From: Patescibacteria group bacterium
Lineage (GTDB): Bacteria > Patescibacteriota > Minisyncoccia > Phycocordibacterales > JBBTRF01
Length of the DNA stretch: 64,000 bases
NCBI GenBank assembly: GCA_038065315.1
Contig: JBBTRF010000001.1
Span: 300,776-364,775, forward strand
Direction of reading: 5' to 3'
Shown: one piece after another, positions 29,379 to 39,218 of the stretch
Layout of the letters: each line of letters opens with the position of its first letter
Numbering within the stretch: position 1 is the first letter of the stretch
Made by a program: the position numbers and the translations under genes
Notes under the pieces: model-generated
Told to the model about the DNA's origin: nothing
Seen by the model: only the letters and a program-made list of their open reading frames with translations
Databases searched by the model: none

Positions 29379-29972
29379 ATGACCACTCTCGATACACAAG
29401 GTACAGAAACATCAACATTGAAACGATCGTTTTCTGAATTGTGGAAGTTTATCTTGATCACTCTCCTCATCGTCCTCCCTATCCGCCTCTTCGTTGCCAA
29501 ACCATTCATCGTAAATGGCCCGTCGATGGATCCAACTTTCGAGACCGGCCAATATCTGATTGTCGACGAACTCTCATATCACTTCCGCACACCACAACGC
29601 GGCGAAGTAGCAGTCTTTCAATACCCATACACGGCACCGACCGAGGCAAAACGCTTCTATATCAAACGTGTCATCGGCCTGCCGGGTGAAACTGTCGAAA
29701 TTCAATACGGCAAAGTCTCGATTCGCAATAGTTCGAGTGCCGAACCAATCATATTGGAAGAGTCGTACGTGGCAAACCATTCACTCGATAGCATGAAAAA
29801 GGTGCTCGGCGAGGATGAATATTTTGTCCTCGGCGACAACCGCCCTGCAAGCTCGGATTCGCGCTCATGGGGCGTGCTTGAAGAAAAATACATCGTCGGT
29901 CGACCTTTCGTCCGCCTGTTGCCACCGACCAAGATCAATTTCCTACCGGGCGTCGCGCATTTTACCAATTAA
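29379..29972 (+). CDS. lepB: Signal peptidase I
   Basis: GPSMDPT (Ser), YIKRVIGLPGE (Lys), GDNRPASSDSR. Confidence 0.95.
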   Translation: MTTLDTQGTETSTLKRSFSELWKFILITLLIVLPIRLFVAKPFIVNGPSMDPTFETGQYLIVDELSYHFRTPQRGEVAVFQYPYTAPTEAKRFYIKRVIGLPGETVEIQYGKVSIRNSSSAEPIILEESYVANHSLDSMKKVLGEDEYFVLGDNRPASSDSRSWGVLEEKYIVGRPFVRLLPPTKINFLPGVAHFTN

Positions 29973-29984
29973 CTTCTGAACACC

Positions 29985-31229
29985 ATGTCTCACGCTTCCA
30001 ACAAATTCGCCAAGGTTGAGCCGATCATCAACAAGCCGCCCGTGGTGGCAAAGGTGCTCGCGACCGGCAAGTCCGCGGAGATCGCCTCGTACTACGGCTT
30101 CGAGCTGATCAACCCACCGCGCCTCGAAAAAGTGGACATGGACAACGCTCGGAAGTTTCTTGGTATTACGTATTCGAAAAAAGACCAGCCTCTCATCAAA
30201 AAGCCACTCCTCATCCACCCAGAAGACAAAGTGGCCATCCTCCGCATGTACCACGAACAGGAAATGTTCACCTGGAGCCAGCCGGTAATGCTGTATTACG
30301 AAGGCCTCGTCCAACACGAAGGTTCGCGCAAGGCAAAGTGGCCAGGCGTAAAGACCTTTCACCTCGACGTACTCGGTACCACCAAAAGCATCGCGGAAGC
30401 GACCCTTATCAAGGGCGTTGTCGAGACATTGCGTGAGGAAGGATTTGGCGAACTGATGGTGCATGTCAACAGCATTGGCGACCGCGACTCCATGAACCGC
30501 TTCTGCCGCGAGCTCTCCAACCACTACCGCAAACATATCAGCGTACTCTCAAACCACTGCCGCCAGGCGATGAAGACGGACATCTTCAAAGTATACGAAT
30601 GTGACGACGAAAAGTGCCGCCCTGTCCACGAGAGCGCACCGAACCCGATTAATTTCCTCTCCGAATTGTCCCGCCAACACTTCCGTGAAGTGCTCGAATA
30701 TCTCGAGAGCCTTGGTATTGCATACAAGATTCACAACGGCCTGATCTGCGACCGCAACATGTGGACGCAGACCGCCTTCGAAATCCGCGAAGTGGAGACC
30801 AACACCTTGCTCGCCACCGGCATGCGCTACAACGGTATTTCCAAGAAGCTCGGCTATCGCAAAGAGATCGGTGCGGTCGGCGTGACCGTCTCATACAAAA
30901 AGCCTCGAGAAGAGGCACTGTTCAACCGCAACCGTCACAACAAAAACCCGAAAGTGTACTTCGTCCAGCTCGGCTTCGAAGCGAAGCTGAAGAGTCTCGA
31001 AGTCATCGAAATGCTCCGCAAGGCCAAAGTGCCGCTCGCCCAATCTATCGGCAAAGACAAGATTTCCGGCCAAATCCAGAGTGCTGAGAACAGCAAAATC
31101 CCTTACACCATCATCATGGGCCAAAAAGAAGCTCGCGAAAGCTCCGTGATCGTCCGCGAAATGAGCACCCGCCACCAGGAGACCATCCCTTTGGCCAAAC
31201 TGCAGGAATATTTGAAGAAAATTCGCTAG
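29985..31229 (+). CDS. HisS/HisZ-like paralog with degenerate catalytic motifs
   Basis: HisRS-like order (YYGFELINPP, VHVNSIGD, NPINFL, TAFEI, GMRYNG) plus anticodon-binding domain. Confidence 0.7.
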   Translation: MSHASNKFAKVEPIINKPPVVAKVLATGKSAEIASYYGFELINPPRLEKVDMDNARKFLGITYSKKDQPLIKKPLLIHPEDKVAILRMYHEQEMFTWSQPVMLYYEGLVQHEGSRKAKWPGVKTFHLDVLGTTKSIAEATLIKGVVETLREEGFGELMVHVNSIGDRDSMNRFCRELSNHYRKHISVLSNHCRQAMKTDIFKVYECDDEKCRPVHESAPNPINFLSELSRQHFREVLEYLESLGIAYKIHNGLICDRNMWTQTAFEIREVETNTLLATGMRYNGISKKLGYRKEIGAVGVTVSYKKPREEALFNRNRHNKNPKVYFVQLGFEAKLKSLEVIEMLRKAKVPLAQSIGKDKISGQIQSAENSKIPYTIIMGQKEARESSVIVREMSTRHQETIPLAKLQEYLKKIR

Positions 31230-31249
31230 TGTGTTAGGATACTGAAACT

Positions 31250-31507
31250 ATGATAAATGTCCAAGTAGAGAAGGGTGCCAACGAGAATAGTCTCAGTATC
31301 TTGCGACGCTTTACCAAGCGTGTACAGGGTTCTGGAGTGTTGAGCCGTGTTCGATCGATTCGATATGCTGGCCGCAACCAGTCTCCATTGAGCGTGAAGA
31401 AGCATGCGATGAACAAACTCGAAAAGCGAGATGAAGTTGAGCTCGCCATGAAGCTCGGCAAGTTCAAGCAGCCAGAGCGACGCGGCGCCAAGCCAGCAGG
31501 CCGATAA
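31250..31507 (+). CDS. rpsU: Ribosomal protein bS21-like
   Basis: V.VEKGANEN..SILRRFTKRVQGSGVL..VRSIRY; small and basic. Confidence 0.65.
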   Translation: MINVQVEKGANENSLSILRRFTKRVQGSGVLSRVRSIRYAGRNQSPLSVKKHAMNKLEKRDEVELAMKLGKFKQPERRGAKPAGR

Positions 31508-31544
31508 TCCACCCCTATCCGCCCCTTGGCGGACCCACTCACCC

Positions 31545-31988
31545 GTGAGCGAGACATTTTCACTCATCAATTCCACAAAGGCTACTCTTCCCGAGTGGCC
31601 TTTTGTGCAAATGAAGAACGCCATCCTCGGCGAGCAGTATGAATTGAGCGTGGCGATCGTAAGCGAGAAAAAAATTCAGGAGCTCAACCTCATACACCGC
31701 GAAAAGAATAGTCCGACCGATATTTTGTCCTTTCCACTCGACGAACAAAACGGCGAGATCTATCTCAATCTCGATTGCACAAAAAAGAAGGCTCGCGAAT
31801 TCGGCCAAACCTACGAAAATTACACCGGTTACCTATTTATCCACGGTTTGCTCCATTTGAACGGATTCGATCATGGGAGTACAATGGAGAGCGAAGAAGC
31901 CAAGTACTGCAAGGCATTTGGCATCTCCCACCCATGGCTCGCAACATCAAAGTCGGCATCGATATCGGCACCTACCAAGTCAAAGTAG
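31545..31988 (+). CDS. ybeY: rRNA maturation endoribonuclease YbeY
   Basis: PTDILSFP, GEIYL, IHGLLHLNGFDH. Confidence 0.93.
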   Translation: MSETFSLINSTKATLPEWPFVQMKNAILGEQYELSVAIVSEKKIQELNLIHREKNSPTDILSFPLDEQNGEIYLNLDCTKKKAREFGQTYENYTGYLFIHGLLHLNGFDHGSTMESEEAKYCKAFGISHPWLATSKSASISAPTKSK

Positions 31989-33106
31989 CTGTCTCTGAAT
32001 CTGTCCTTGAAAAAGACCGGAATGTTCCGCGCATCCTGGGCGTCGGTTTTGCCGAGTCGAAGGGCATGCGTCACGGCCATATCATCAATGCCGCCGAGGT
32101 CACCCGTAGCATTCGCCTCGCGGTACAACAAGCAGAAAAGTCCGCCGGCGGTTTCAAGATCCGCAAAGCATACGTGAGTATCGGCGGTATGGGTCTCAAC
32201 AGCGTGTACGCCAAAGGCACGACGATCATCTCACGTGCCGACTCCGAGATCACCGAGCTCGATGTGAAGAAGGTGATTCAGACCAGCGAGAGCGCGTTGC
32301 CAAAAAATTTCATGGCCAATCGGCATATTATTCATGTCATCCCGACCGAATACAAAGTGGATGGCGAAGTAGTGATGGGGCGACCAGTCGGCTTCAAGGG
32401 CAACCGCCTCGAAGTGACCACGATGTTCGTGACCGCACTCGAACGCCATTTCCAAGACACCATCGCTGCTGTAAACGAAGCGGAAATCCAGATCGAAGAT
32501 ATTGTCGCCGCACCCATCGCTGCCAGCCTCGTGACACTGAACCGCATCCAGAAGACCGCCGGCTGTGTACTCGCCAACATCGGCGCCGAGACCGTGTCCC
32601 TGATCGTCTATGAGAACAATATCCCAACCTCTATCGAAGTCTTCCCTATTGGCTCCACCGATATCACCAACGACATTGCGCTTGGTTTGAAAATACCGCT
32701 TGAAGAAGCAGAAGATATCAAGCTCGGCAACACGCAAAACCTGCCGCACTCGAAGAAGAAGCTCGACGAGATCGTCGAAGCGCGACTTTCAGATATTTTT
32801 GAACTTATCGAAGCGCATTTGAAAAAGATTGGGCGCAACGGCTTGCTTCCGGCCGGCATTATTATCTCCGGCGGCGGTTCCGGCCTCGACCGCCTCCAAG
32901 ATTTCGCTCGTGCCAGCCTGCGACTCCCTTCGAAAATTGCCTCCTTCAATTTCACCTCACATTTGCGCGTGCCGATCAAGGATGCTACCTGGGCCGTCGC
33001 GTACGGTCTTTGTATTTTGGGCTTCACCAATGGCGAGGACATCACCGAGCCTCACAGCCAAACCAAAAATCTCTTCAAAAACTGGCTCAAGCAGTTTTGG
33101 CCCTAA
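31934..33106 (+). CDS. ftsA: Cell division protein FtsA
   Basis: GIDIGTYQVKV, NIGAET, ITNDIALGL, IVEARL, SGGGS. Confidence 0.93.
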   Translation: MARNIKVGIDIGTYQVKVAVSESVLEKDRNVPRILGVGFAESKGMRHGHIINAAEVTRSIRLAVQQAEKSAGGFKIRKAYVSIGGMGLNSVYAKGTTIISRADSEITELDVKKVIQTSESALPKNFMANRHIIHVIPTEYKVDGEVVMGRPVGFKGNRLEVTTMFVTALERHFQDTIAAVNEAEIQIEDIVAAPIAASLVTLNRIQKTAGCVLANIGAETVSLIVYENNIPTSIEVFPIGSTDITNDIALGLKIPLEEAEDIKLGNTQNLPHSKKKLDEIVEARLSDIFELIEAHLKKIGRNGLLPAGIIISGGGSGLDRLQDFARASLRLPSKIASFNFTSHLRVPIKDATWAVAYGLCILGFTNGEDITEPHSQTKNLFKNWLKQFWP

Positions 33107-33201
33107 AAGCACAGACTATTTCCCTCTGGACGTCAAGGCTTTCCTTTTTCCAAGCCTTTCTGCTATCATAAGCGCATATTCCCTTTAGCTAACGCTTATT
33201 T

Positions 33202-34419
33202 ATGGCCCAAATTAATCCAGAAGTAGAGGCTTTCGCACGGATCAAAGTGATTGGTGTCGGAGGTTCCGGCAAAAACGCAGTGAACCACATGGTCAATTCC
33301 AAGGTGCGCGGGGTTGAATTTATCGCGGTAAACACCGATGCTCAGGACCTCCAGAACTCTCTCGCGAAGAAGAAGATTCATATCGGCAAGAACCTCACTC
33401 GCGGCCTCGGCACTGGCATGAACCCAGAGCTCGGCAAGCGTGCGGCGGAAGAAACCAAAGAAGAGATCCAGGAGGCACTCAAGGGTTCAGACATGGTCTT
33501 CATCGCTTGTGGCAAGGGAGGCGGTACCGGTACCGGGGCAGCGCCAGTGGTGGCGAAGATTGCCAAGGAAATGGGCATCCTTACTATCGGCGTGGTCACC
33601 AAGCCGTTCTTCTTCGAAGGACAGCAGCGTATGAAGCACGCGGAGCAGGGTCTCGATGAGCTCAAAAAGTCTGTCGACGCACTTGTTGTTATCCCAAATG
33701 ATCGAATCTTGAGCATTGCAAGCAAGGACACCACGGCGCGACAGGCGTTTGCAATGTCCGATGAGATTTTGAAGCAGGCGGTGGAAGGTATTTCAGATTT
33801 GATTACTACTCCAGGTATCATCAACGTCGACTTTGCCGATGTTCGAGCTATCCTCGACAATGCCGGTTCAGCCCTCATGGGTATCGGTACCGCGAGCGGC
33901 GAGAAGCGTGCAGAGGAAGCAGCAAAAATGGCAATCAACTCCCCTCTTCTCGATCTTTCGATTCACGGCGCGAAGGGCGTACTCTTCTCTATCGCCGGCG
34001 GCGACGACCTCACGATGTTCGAGATTCAGGATGCGGCGAAGATCATCACCGAATCTATCGATCCAAATGCGAAGGTTATCTTCGGTACTGTGCGAGACGA
34101 AAAGCTCAAGAAGAACGAGATCAAGATCACTGTTATTGCATCCGGTTTCCCAGAACCAGGCGGCACTCCAAAGAAGAGCTTGTTTGGCGATGAATCAAAG
34201 GGCAAGATTTTCAATACCATGAGCAGCACCCCGGCTGTTAGCAAGCCAAAGGAGAAGGAGGCAGAAGTGCGTGATGTTGCCAGTGTGGTGAAAGAAGCGA
34301 TCAGCAACAGCAAAGCTCCTGAAGACAAGAAGCCAATGGTGGGCGCGACCAGTATTGCTGATGATGGGGATGATGATTGGGGCGCGGTGCCGGCGTTTTT
34401 GAGACGATCGAAGAAGTAA
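33202..34419 (+). CDS. ftsZ: Cell division protein FtsZ
   Basis: IKVIGVGG, NTDAQ, GGGTGTG, INVDFADV, C-terminal VPAFLRR. Confidence 0.98.
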   Translation: MAQINPEVEAFARIKVIGVGGSGKNAVNHMVNSKVRGVEFIAVNTDAQDLQNSLAKKKIHIGKNLTRGLGTGMNPELGKRAAEETKEEIQEALKGSDMVFIACGKGGGTGTGAAPVVAKIAKEMGILTIGVVTKPFFFEGQQRMKHAEQGLDELKKSVDALVVIPNDRILSIASKDTTARQAFAMSDEILKQAVEGISDLITTPGIINVDFADVRAILDNAGSALMGIGTASGEKRAEEAAKMAINSPLLDLSIHGAKGVLFSIAGGDDLTMFEIQDAAKIITESIDPNAKVIFGTVRDEKLKKNEIKITVIASGFPEPGGTPKKSLFGDESKGKIFNTMSSTPAVSKPKEKEAEVRDVASVVKEAISNSKAPEDKKPMVGATSIADDGDDDWGAVPAFLRRSKK

Positions 34420-34420
34420 A

Positions 34421-34540
34421 GTAGGAGACAGGAGAAAAGGCATTTAAAGGGACACGCGTAAAAGTCTACTGACTTTTCGCTCCGGCTCGGCCCGTCGGCC
34501 TCCGCAGTTCCCTTTAAATGCCTTTTCTCCTGTCTCTTAC
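34421..34540 (-). repeat. MITE/REP-like palindromic element with type-A-like core
   Basis: Near-perfect inverted arms of about 31 bp (GTAGGAGACAGGAGAAAAGGCATTTAAAGGG / CCCTTTAAATGCCTTTTCTCCTGTCTCTTAC) enclosing two small hairpins. Confidence 0.75.
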
Positions 34541-34599
34541 ATAGTTCGATTGTCTCAAAAATACCTTTTGATTTTTCTTTGTAGTATAATGTTCCAACT

Positions 34600-35526
34600 A
34601 TGATATACGACTTAGCGATTTTGGGCGGTGGACCGGCGGGAGTGGCGGCGGGAGTGTACGCGTCGCGCAAGCGTTTGAAGACAGTGTTCATCACCAAGGA
34701 TTTCTTGGGCCAGAGCTCGGTTTCGGAGGGTGTCGAAAATTGGATTGGCACCGTGAAGATCTCCGGCACCGATCTGTCGAAGAACCTAGAAGCGCATCTG
34801 CGAGCGTATGCGGGGAATATTGTGGATATCAAAGAAGGCGTTGGTGTGAAGAATGTTGCAAAGCACCCAGAAGGCTTCGCTGTCGCGACCGACGCAGGCG
34901 AATTTTTGACCAAGACCGTGCTCGTGACCACCGGCAGCCACCGACGCAAACTCGAGGGCGTGAAAGGTGCGGATGTCTTCGAACACAAAGGCCTCACCTA
35001 CTGCGCCACCTGCGACGGCCCGCTCTTTGCCGACCAGGACGTGGTGGTGATTGGCGGCGGCAATGCGGCATTTGAATCAGCAGCCCAGCTATTGGCCTAT
35101 TGCAAGAGTGTCACTCTGTTGAACCGCAGCGAGACTTTCCGTGCCGACCCGGTGACCGTGGACAAACTGCGCGCAAATCCAAAAATGAAAATCGTGACGG
35201 GTGCCGTACCCACCGAGGTGACCGGCGAGAAGTTTGTGTCAGGACTCATATACAAAGATGGGAAGACCGGGGTACTTGCGAATCTCACGGTGTCGGGCAT
35301 TTTTGTGGAGATCGGATCTCTGCCGACGACCTTTTTTGTGAAAGATGTGGCGAAGCTCAATGAATACGGAAATATTGTCGTGGATCCGCGCACCCAGCGT
35401 TCATCGACCGACGGCATTTGGGCAGCTGGCGACTGCACCGACGGCCTCTATCATCAAAACAACATTGCAGCCGGCGACGCCGTAAAGGCTCTGGAGGATA
35501 TCTACGGATACTTGCACGCGAAGTAA
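34600..35526 (+). CDS. trxB: Thioredoxin reductase / AhpF-like FAD-dependent disulfide reductase
   Basis: GGGPAG, CATCDG, IGGGNAA, GIWAAGDCT. Confidence 0.9.
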   Translation: MIYDLAILGGGPAGVAAGVYASRKRLKTVFITKDFLGQSSVSEGVENWIGTVKISGTDLSKNLEAHLRAYAGNIVDIKEGVGVKNVAKHPEGFAVATDAGEFLTKTVLVTTGSHRRKLEGVKGADVFEHKGLTYCATCDGPLFADQDVVVIGGGNAAFESAAQLLAYCKSVTLLNRSETFRADPVTVDKLRANPKMKIVTGAVPTEVTGEKFVSGLIYKDGKTGVLANLTVSGIFVEIGSLPTTFFVKDVAKLNEYGNIVVDPRTQRSSTDGIWAAGDCTDGLYHQNNIAAGDAVKALEDIYGYLHAK

Positions 35527-35527
35527 T

Positions 35528-35556
35528 TTGACAGGAATCACCCTTTCCTGTACATT
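35528..35556 (+). promoter_or_regulatory. Near-consensus sigma70 promoter with palindrome across the spacer
   Basis: TTGACA-17 bp-TACATT; ACAGGAA-N7-TTCCTGT overlaps it. Confidence 0.75.
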
Positions 35557-35562
35557 CTTGGA

Positions 35563-35711
35563 GCTGGAGTGGGACACCTTCTAGGTTCAGACGCCTTACA
35601 AAGCTCGATTCAGGGGACTCCCCCGTCCTCCACCTCCCCGAGCGCACGAACGTCTGTTAATGTCCTGCTCCAGCGTGACGCCCTTCTGCCCCGTGCATAA
35701 GGGTGTTTTTA
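35563..35711 (+). ncRNA. Putative rod-shaped small RNA (6S-like or novel) plus terminator
   Basis: Closing stem GCTGGAGTGGGACA/TGTCCTGCTCCAGC, inner stems CAGACG/CGTCTG, GCTCG/CGAGC, GGGGAC/GTCCTC; flanked by promoter and terminator; no credible ORF. Confidence 0.65.
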
Positions 35712-35738
35712 TTGTCGCGACTGCACCGTCATTGGCGT

Positions 35739-36044
35739 CTATTTCCCAAATTTCTGTGCGCGAACCACCTCAAGCTCCGCAACCAACTCCGGATCTGTGA
35801 TACGAGTAAAACGCGAGAAGGTCTTCCCATCCTTCGTGACTGTACCCATGAACATCTCCAATGGTCGTGACTGATAGTTGGCCGGCGGCATCCACGCGCT
35901 CTCGTACAGAGGCCGATACAGCACCGTGAGCGTCCCCTCTTCAGTGTTGCGGCCAATACCGATCACTTCGTAGGTGTAGTTGTGAGGCGGCCCCTGTGGG
36001 TCGTGCTTGTAGTGGCGGTAGAAACCTTTGGTGGGCAAGTGCAT
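35739..36044 (-). CDS. DUF1653-family protein
   Basis: GFYRHYK..YEVIG..VLYRPLY..RPLEMF..RF. Confidence 0.85.
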   Translation of the reverse strand: MHLPTKGFYRHYKHDPQGPPHNYTYEVIGIGRNTEEGTLTVLYRPLYESAWMPPANYQSRPLEMFMGTVTKDGKTFSRFTRITDPELVAELEVVRAQKFGK

Positions 36045-36230
36045 GTGGTGAAGGGTATGAGTGAGCGTTAAGGATTATATCAAATTTTTTAAACATTAAG
36101 TTTTGAGTGTATCTCAGAGATATGAGAGAAAAGCACCACGCAAGGACAAAACCTTGTGCAGTGCTTCTCGCTAGAAATACTCTTATATAGTAACCAATCC
36201 TGTTTTAAAAGTCGACTGAATTGCTGAAGG

Positions 36231-36302
36231 TGACCCTACGGAGAGTCGAACTCCGGTTTAGTGCTTGAAAAGCACCTGTCCTAACCATTAGACGATAGGG
36301 CC
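36231..36302 (-). tRNA. tRNA-Glu(TTC)
   Basis: GGCCCTA/TAGGGTC acceptor, loop TTTTCAA, TTCGACT. Confidence 0.92.
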
Positions 36303-36437
36303 GCAAATTAGGCTTTTTTGCCAAAATTGCTCACCATTGAGCCGTCTCAATAGCGGGTTTTATCATAGCATTTTTTGAAAAATTGGCAAAAAGTGGTATC
36401 CTGAGAGACCGCAATAGACCGTCAGCATAACGCCTTT

Positions 36438-37033
<596 letters not shown>

Positions 37034-37080
37034 ATATAACCAAAAGAAGCTTTAACTTTTTCCAACAAACACCGCAAAGA

Positions 37081-37701
37081 ATGTCTGACACCAACATGAA
37101 ACTTCTACTTACATCAGCTGGACTGAGCAACAAGAAGATATCTAATCTTCTTGTTTCGATGCTGCAGAAAAAACCGAACGAGTGCTCCGTATTATTGGTA
37201 GCGTACGCACAAAACAACAACGAGCAATTCTACGTGAAAGAATCAAAAAAAGAATTGATCGATCTCGGTCTGTCCAGCATCTCCTTTTTTAACCTAAAAG
37301 AAAGCACTTTTGAGGAAACATGCGAATATGACCTGATCTATGTCTGCGGTGGCAACACCTTTGCCATCTTAGATCAAATGCGCGCAACCGGCATCGACAA
37401 GTTTATTACGGACTCAGTCAAAAGTGGCAAGAGTATCTATCTTGGAGTAAGTGCTGGCAGTATCATCGCCGGGCCTGATATTTTGATTGCTGGCCATGGT
37501 AGCGAGGGAGATAAAAATGAGATTGCATTAAAAGACCTGGCAGGACTTGCACTTACGAACGTATCCGTATTCCCACATTTCAAATCACACCAAAGAAGTG
37601 AAGTTGATGAGTTTAGAAATAAAGTGGATAACCCTGTAATTGAACTGACCGACGACGAAGCCGTACTTGTCGACGAAGCCGGATACCGAATCATCCGATA
37701 A
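37081..37701 (+). CDS. Peptidase S51 (peptidase E-like)
   Basis: KLLLTSAG, IYVCGGNTF, YLGVSAGS (nucleophile Ser), VFPHF. Confidence 0.88.
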   Translation: MSDTNMKLLLTSAGLSNKKISNLLVSMLQKKPNECSVLLVAYAQNNNEQFYVKESKKELIDLGLSSISFFNLKESTFEETCEYDLIYVCGGNTFAILDQMRATGIDKFITDSVKSGKSIYLGVSAGSIIAGPDILIAGHGSEGDKNEIALKDLAGLALTNVSVFPHFKSHQRSEVDEFRNKVDNPVIELTDDEAVLVDEAGYRIIR

Positions 37702-37707
37702 AAAAGA

Positions 37708-39090
37708 CTACTTCCCCCTCGGATCAAAAATCGACGGCTCTAGCGTATCGCCCCGTACGATCTGTGCGATGCGCTTGCCGCCGTAGATAGAGGGCAGGAT
37801 ACCGACGCCGTTACAGCCGAGGTTGTAGAGGAGTACGGGGTTGCACGGTTCGGCACCGACACGACGGATACCATTGGGCGTGTACCCCATCAGGCCGTGC
37901 CAAGAGAACGCGTATTCGGTAGGCTCGCCTGGGTATTTTCGATAATTTTGCCGCAAAAACATGTCGATCTTCTCACGATACTCTTCAGAGAGCTCGTCAT
38001 CGCGTGAATAGACCGCCATATTCGGCAACACCTTTTCCGGACCGCCGGTGCAGATCAGGTTGTGCGGAATATTCTTCTTTTCCTCGTGTTCGTGCGGACG
38101 GCGTGTGAGATAGAAATATGCGTCGCCGGTCGGGTCGCCGGAAATATCGTTTTCCTTCAAAAAATAGCTAATCGCGGTGGGCGGATTGTCGAGCGGTTCG
38201 ACATAGCCGGCCATGTAGCCGATACGGCCATGCACCGAATGATGAAAGCTGGTGTCAACCTCGCTGCCGCACAGATTCTGGATCGTGAAATGGGTAAAGC
38301 CATTGGTACACAGCACAATGCGCTCGCAGAGGATGGTGAAATCCCCCACCTTCACCACGCCGCCGATATCGCGGAGGATCACCGTCTTCACCGGACTCTG
38401 CTCGAAAAACGAAAAGCGGTCTTTGAATGCACTCGCGAGATACGCCAGCAATTCCTCGCACAAGAGCGCACTGTTCGTGCAACCCTTTTGGTATGAAAAA
38501 GACGCGATGTAGTCGGGATTATTGGTCTCGAGCAGGCCTAAAATGTCTGATTGCGGAGCGACGCTATACAGGTCGCGGTACATTTTTGGGATGTCATTCA
38601 GGTGGTCAAACTCCTTCGCCACGAGAATCGACTCGATCGGCAGGCCGCCCTTGAGTCGGCACGCATTGTTCTTCAATACTGTCTCTAGGTCATCCCAACC
38701 GGTACACCCTGCATAGCCAGTGAAGCGGTACAGCGGCGTCTTCAGGCCCGCATCTGCCATCATTTGGTCGATGAGGGTCCAGGCCGACTCCACAGCGCGT
38801 TGCCCGGCGATCGCCATCGTAAGGCCAAATTCTTTTGCGATGTCGTGGATGGGCCGCTCGAAATATGAGGTGATTTGGCCGGCGTTGTGGCCGCTCGCAC
38901 CATGCGCGATCTTGTCGGCTTCGAGCAGGAGTACCCGCTTGTTCGTTTCCTTGAGCAGGAAATACGCCGTGGCAATACCCGCGATACCGCCACCGACCAC
39001 CACCACATCGGTTTCCGCATCTTTATCCAACGCCACCGCCGGTCGGGTGCGCTTGAGCTGATGGATCCAAGGCGAGTGGTTTTTCAGCAT
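37708..39090 (-). CDS. FAD-dependent oxidoreductase (DAO/PuuB-like)
   Basis: VVVGGGIAG, GASGHNAG, WHGLMGYTPNG, LGCNGVG. Confidence 0.88.
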   Translation of the reverse strand: MLKNHSPWIHQLKRTRPAVALDKDAETDVVVVGGGIAGIATAYFLLKETNKRVLLLEADKIAHGASGHNAGQITSYFERPIHDIAKEFGLTMAIAGQRAVESAWTLIDQMMADAGLKTPLYRFTGYAGCTGWDDLETVLKNNACRLKGGLPIESILVAKEFDHLNDIPKMYRDLYSVAPQSDILGLLETNNPDYIASFSYQKGCTNSALLCEELLAYLASAFKDRFSFFEQSPVKTVILRDIGGVVKVGDFTILCERIVLCTNGFTHFTIQNLCGSEVDTSFHHSVHGRIGYMAGYVEPLDNPPTAISYFLKENDISGDPTGDAYFYLTRRPHEHEEKKNIPHNLICTGGPEKVLPNMAVYSRDDELSEEYREKIDMFLRQNYRKYPGEPTEYAFSWHGLMGYTPNGIRRVGAEPCNPVLLYNLGCNGVGILPSIYGGKRIAQIVRGDTLEPSIFDPRGK

Positions 39091-39218
39091 GAAGATGTTC
39101 TAAAGATAGTCTAAATTGCGCTAAATATAGCAAAATAGTAGCACGCGAACTAGAAATCTGCCACGGAAACAAGGTGGAGAAAACTAGACACATGAACCAT
39201 TGATAGTATAATTTATAC

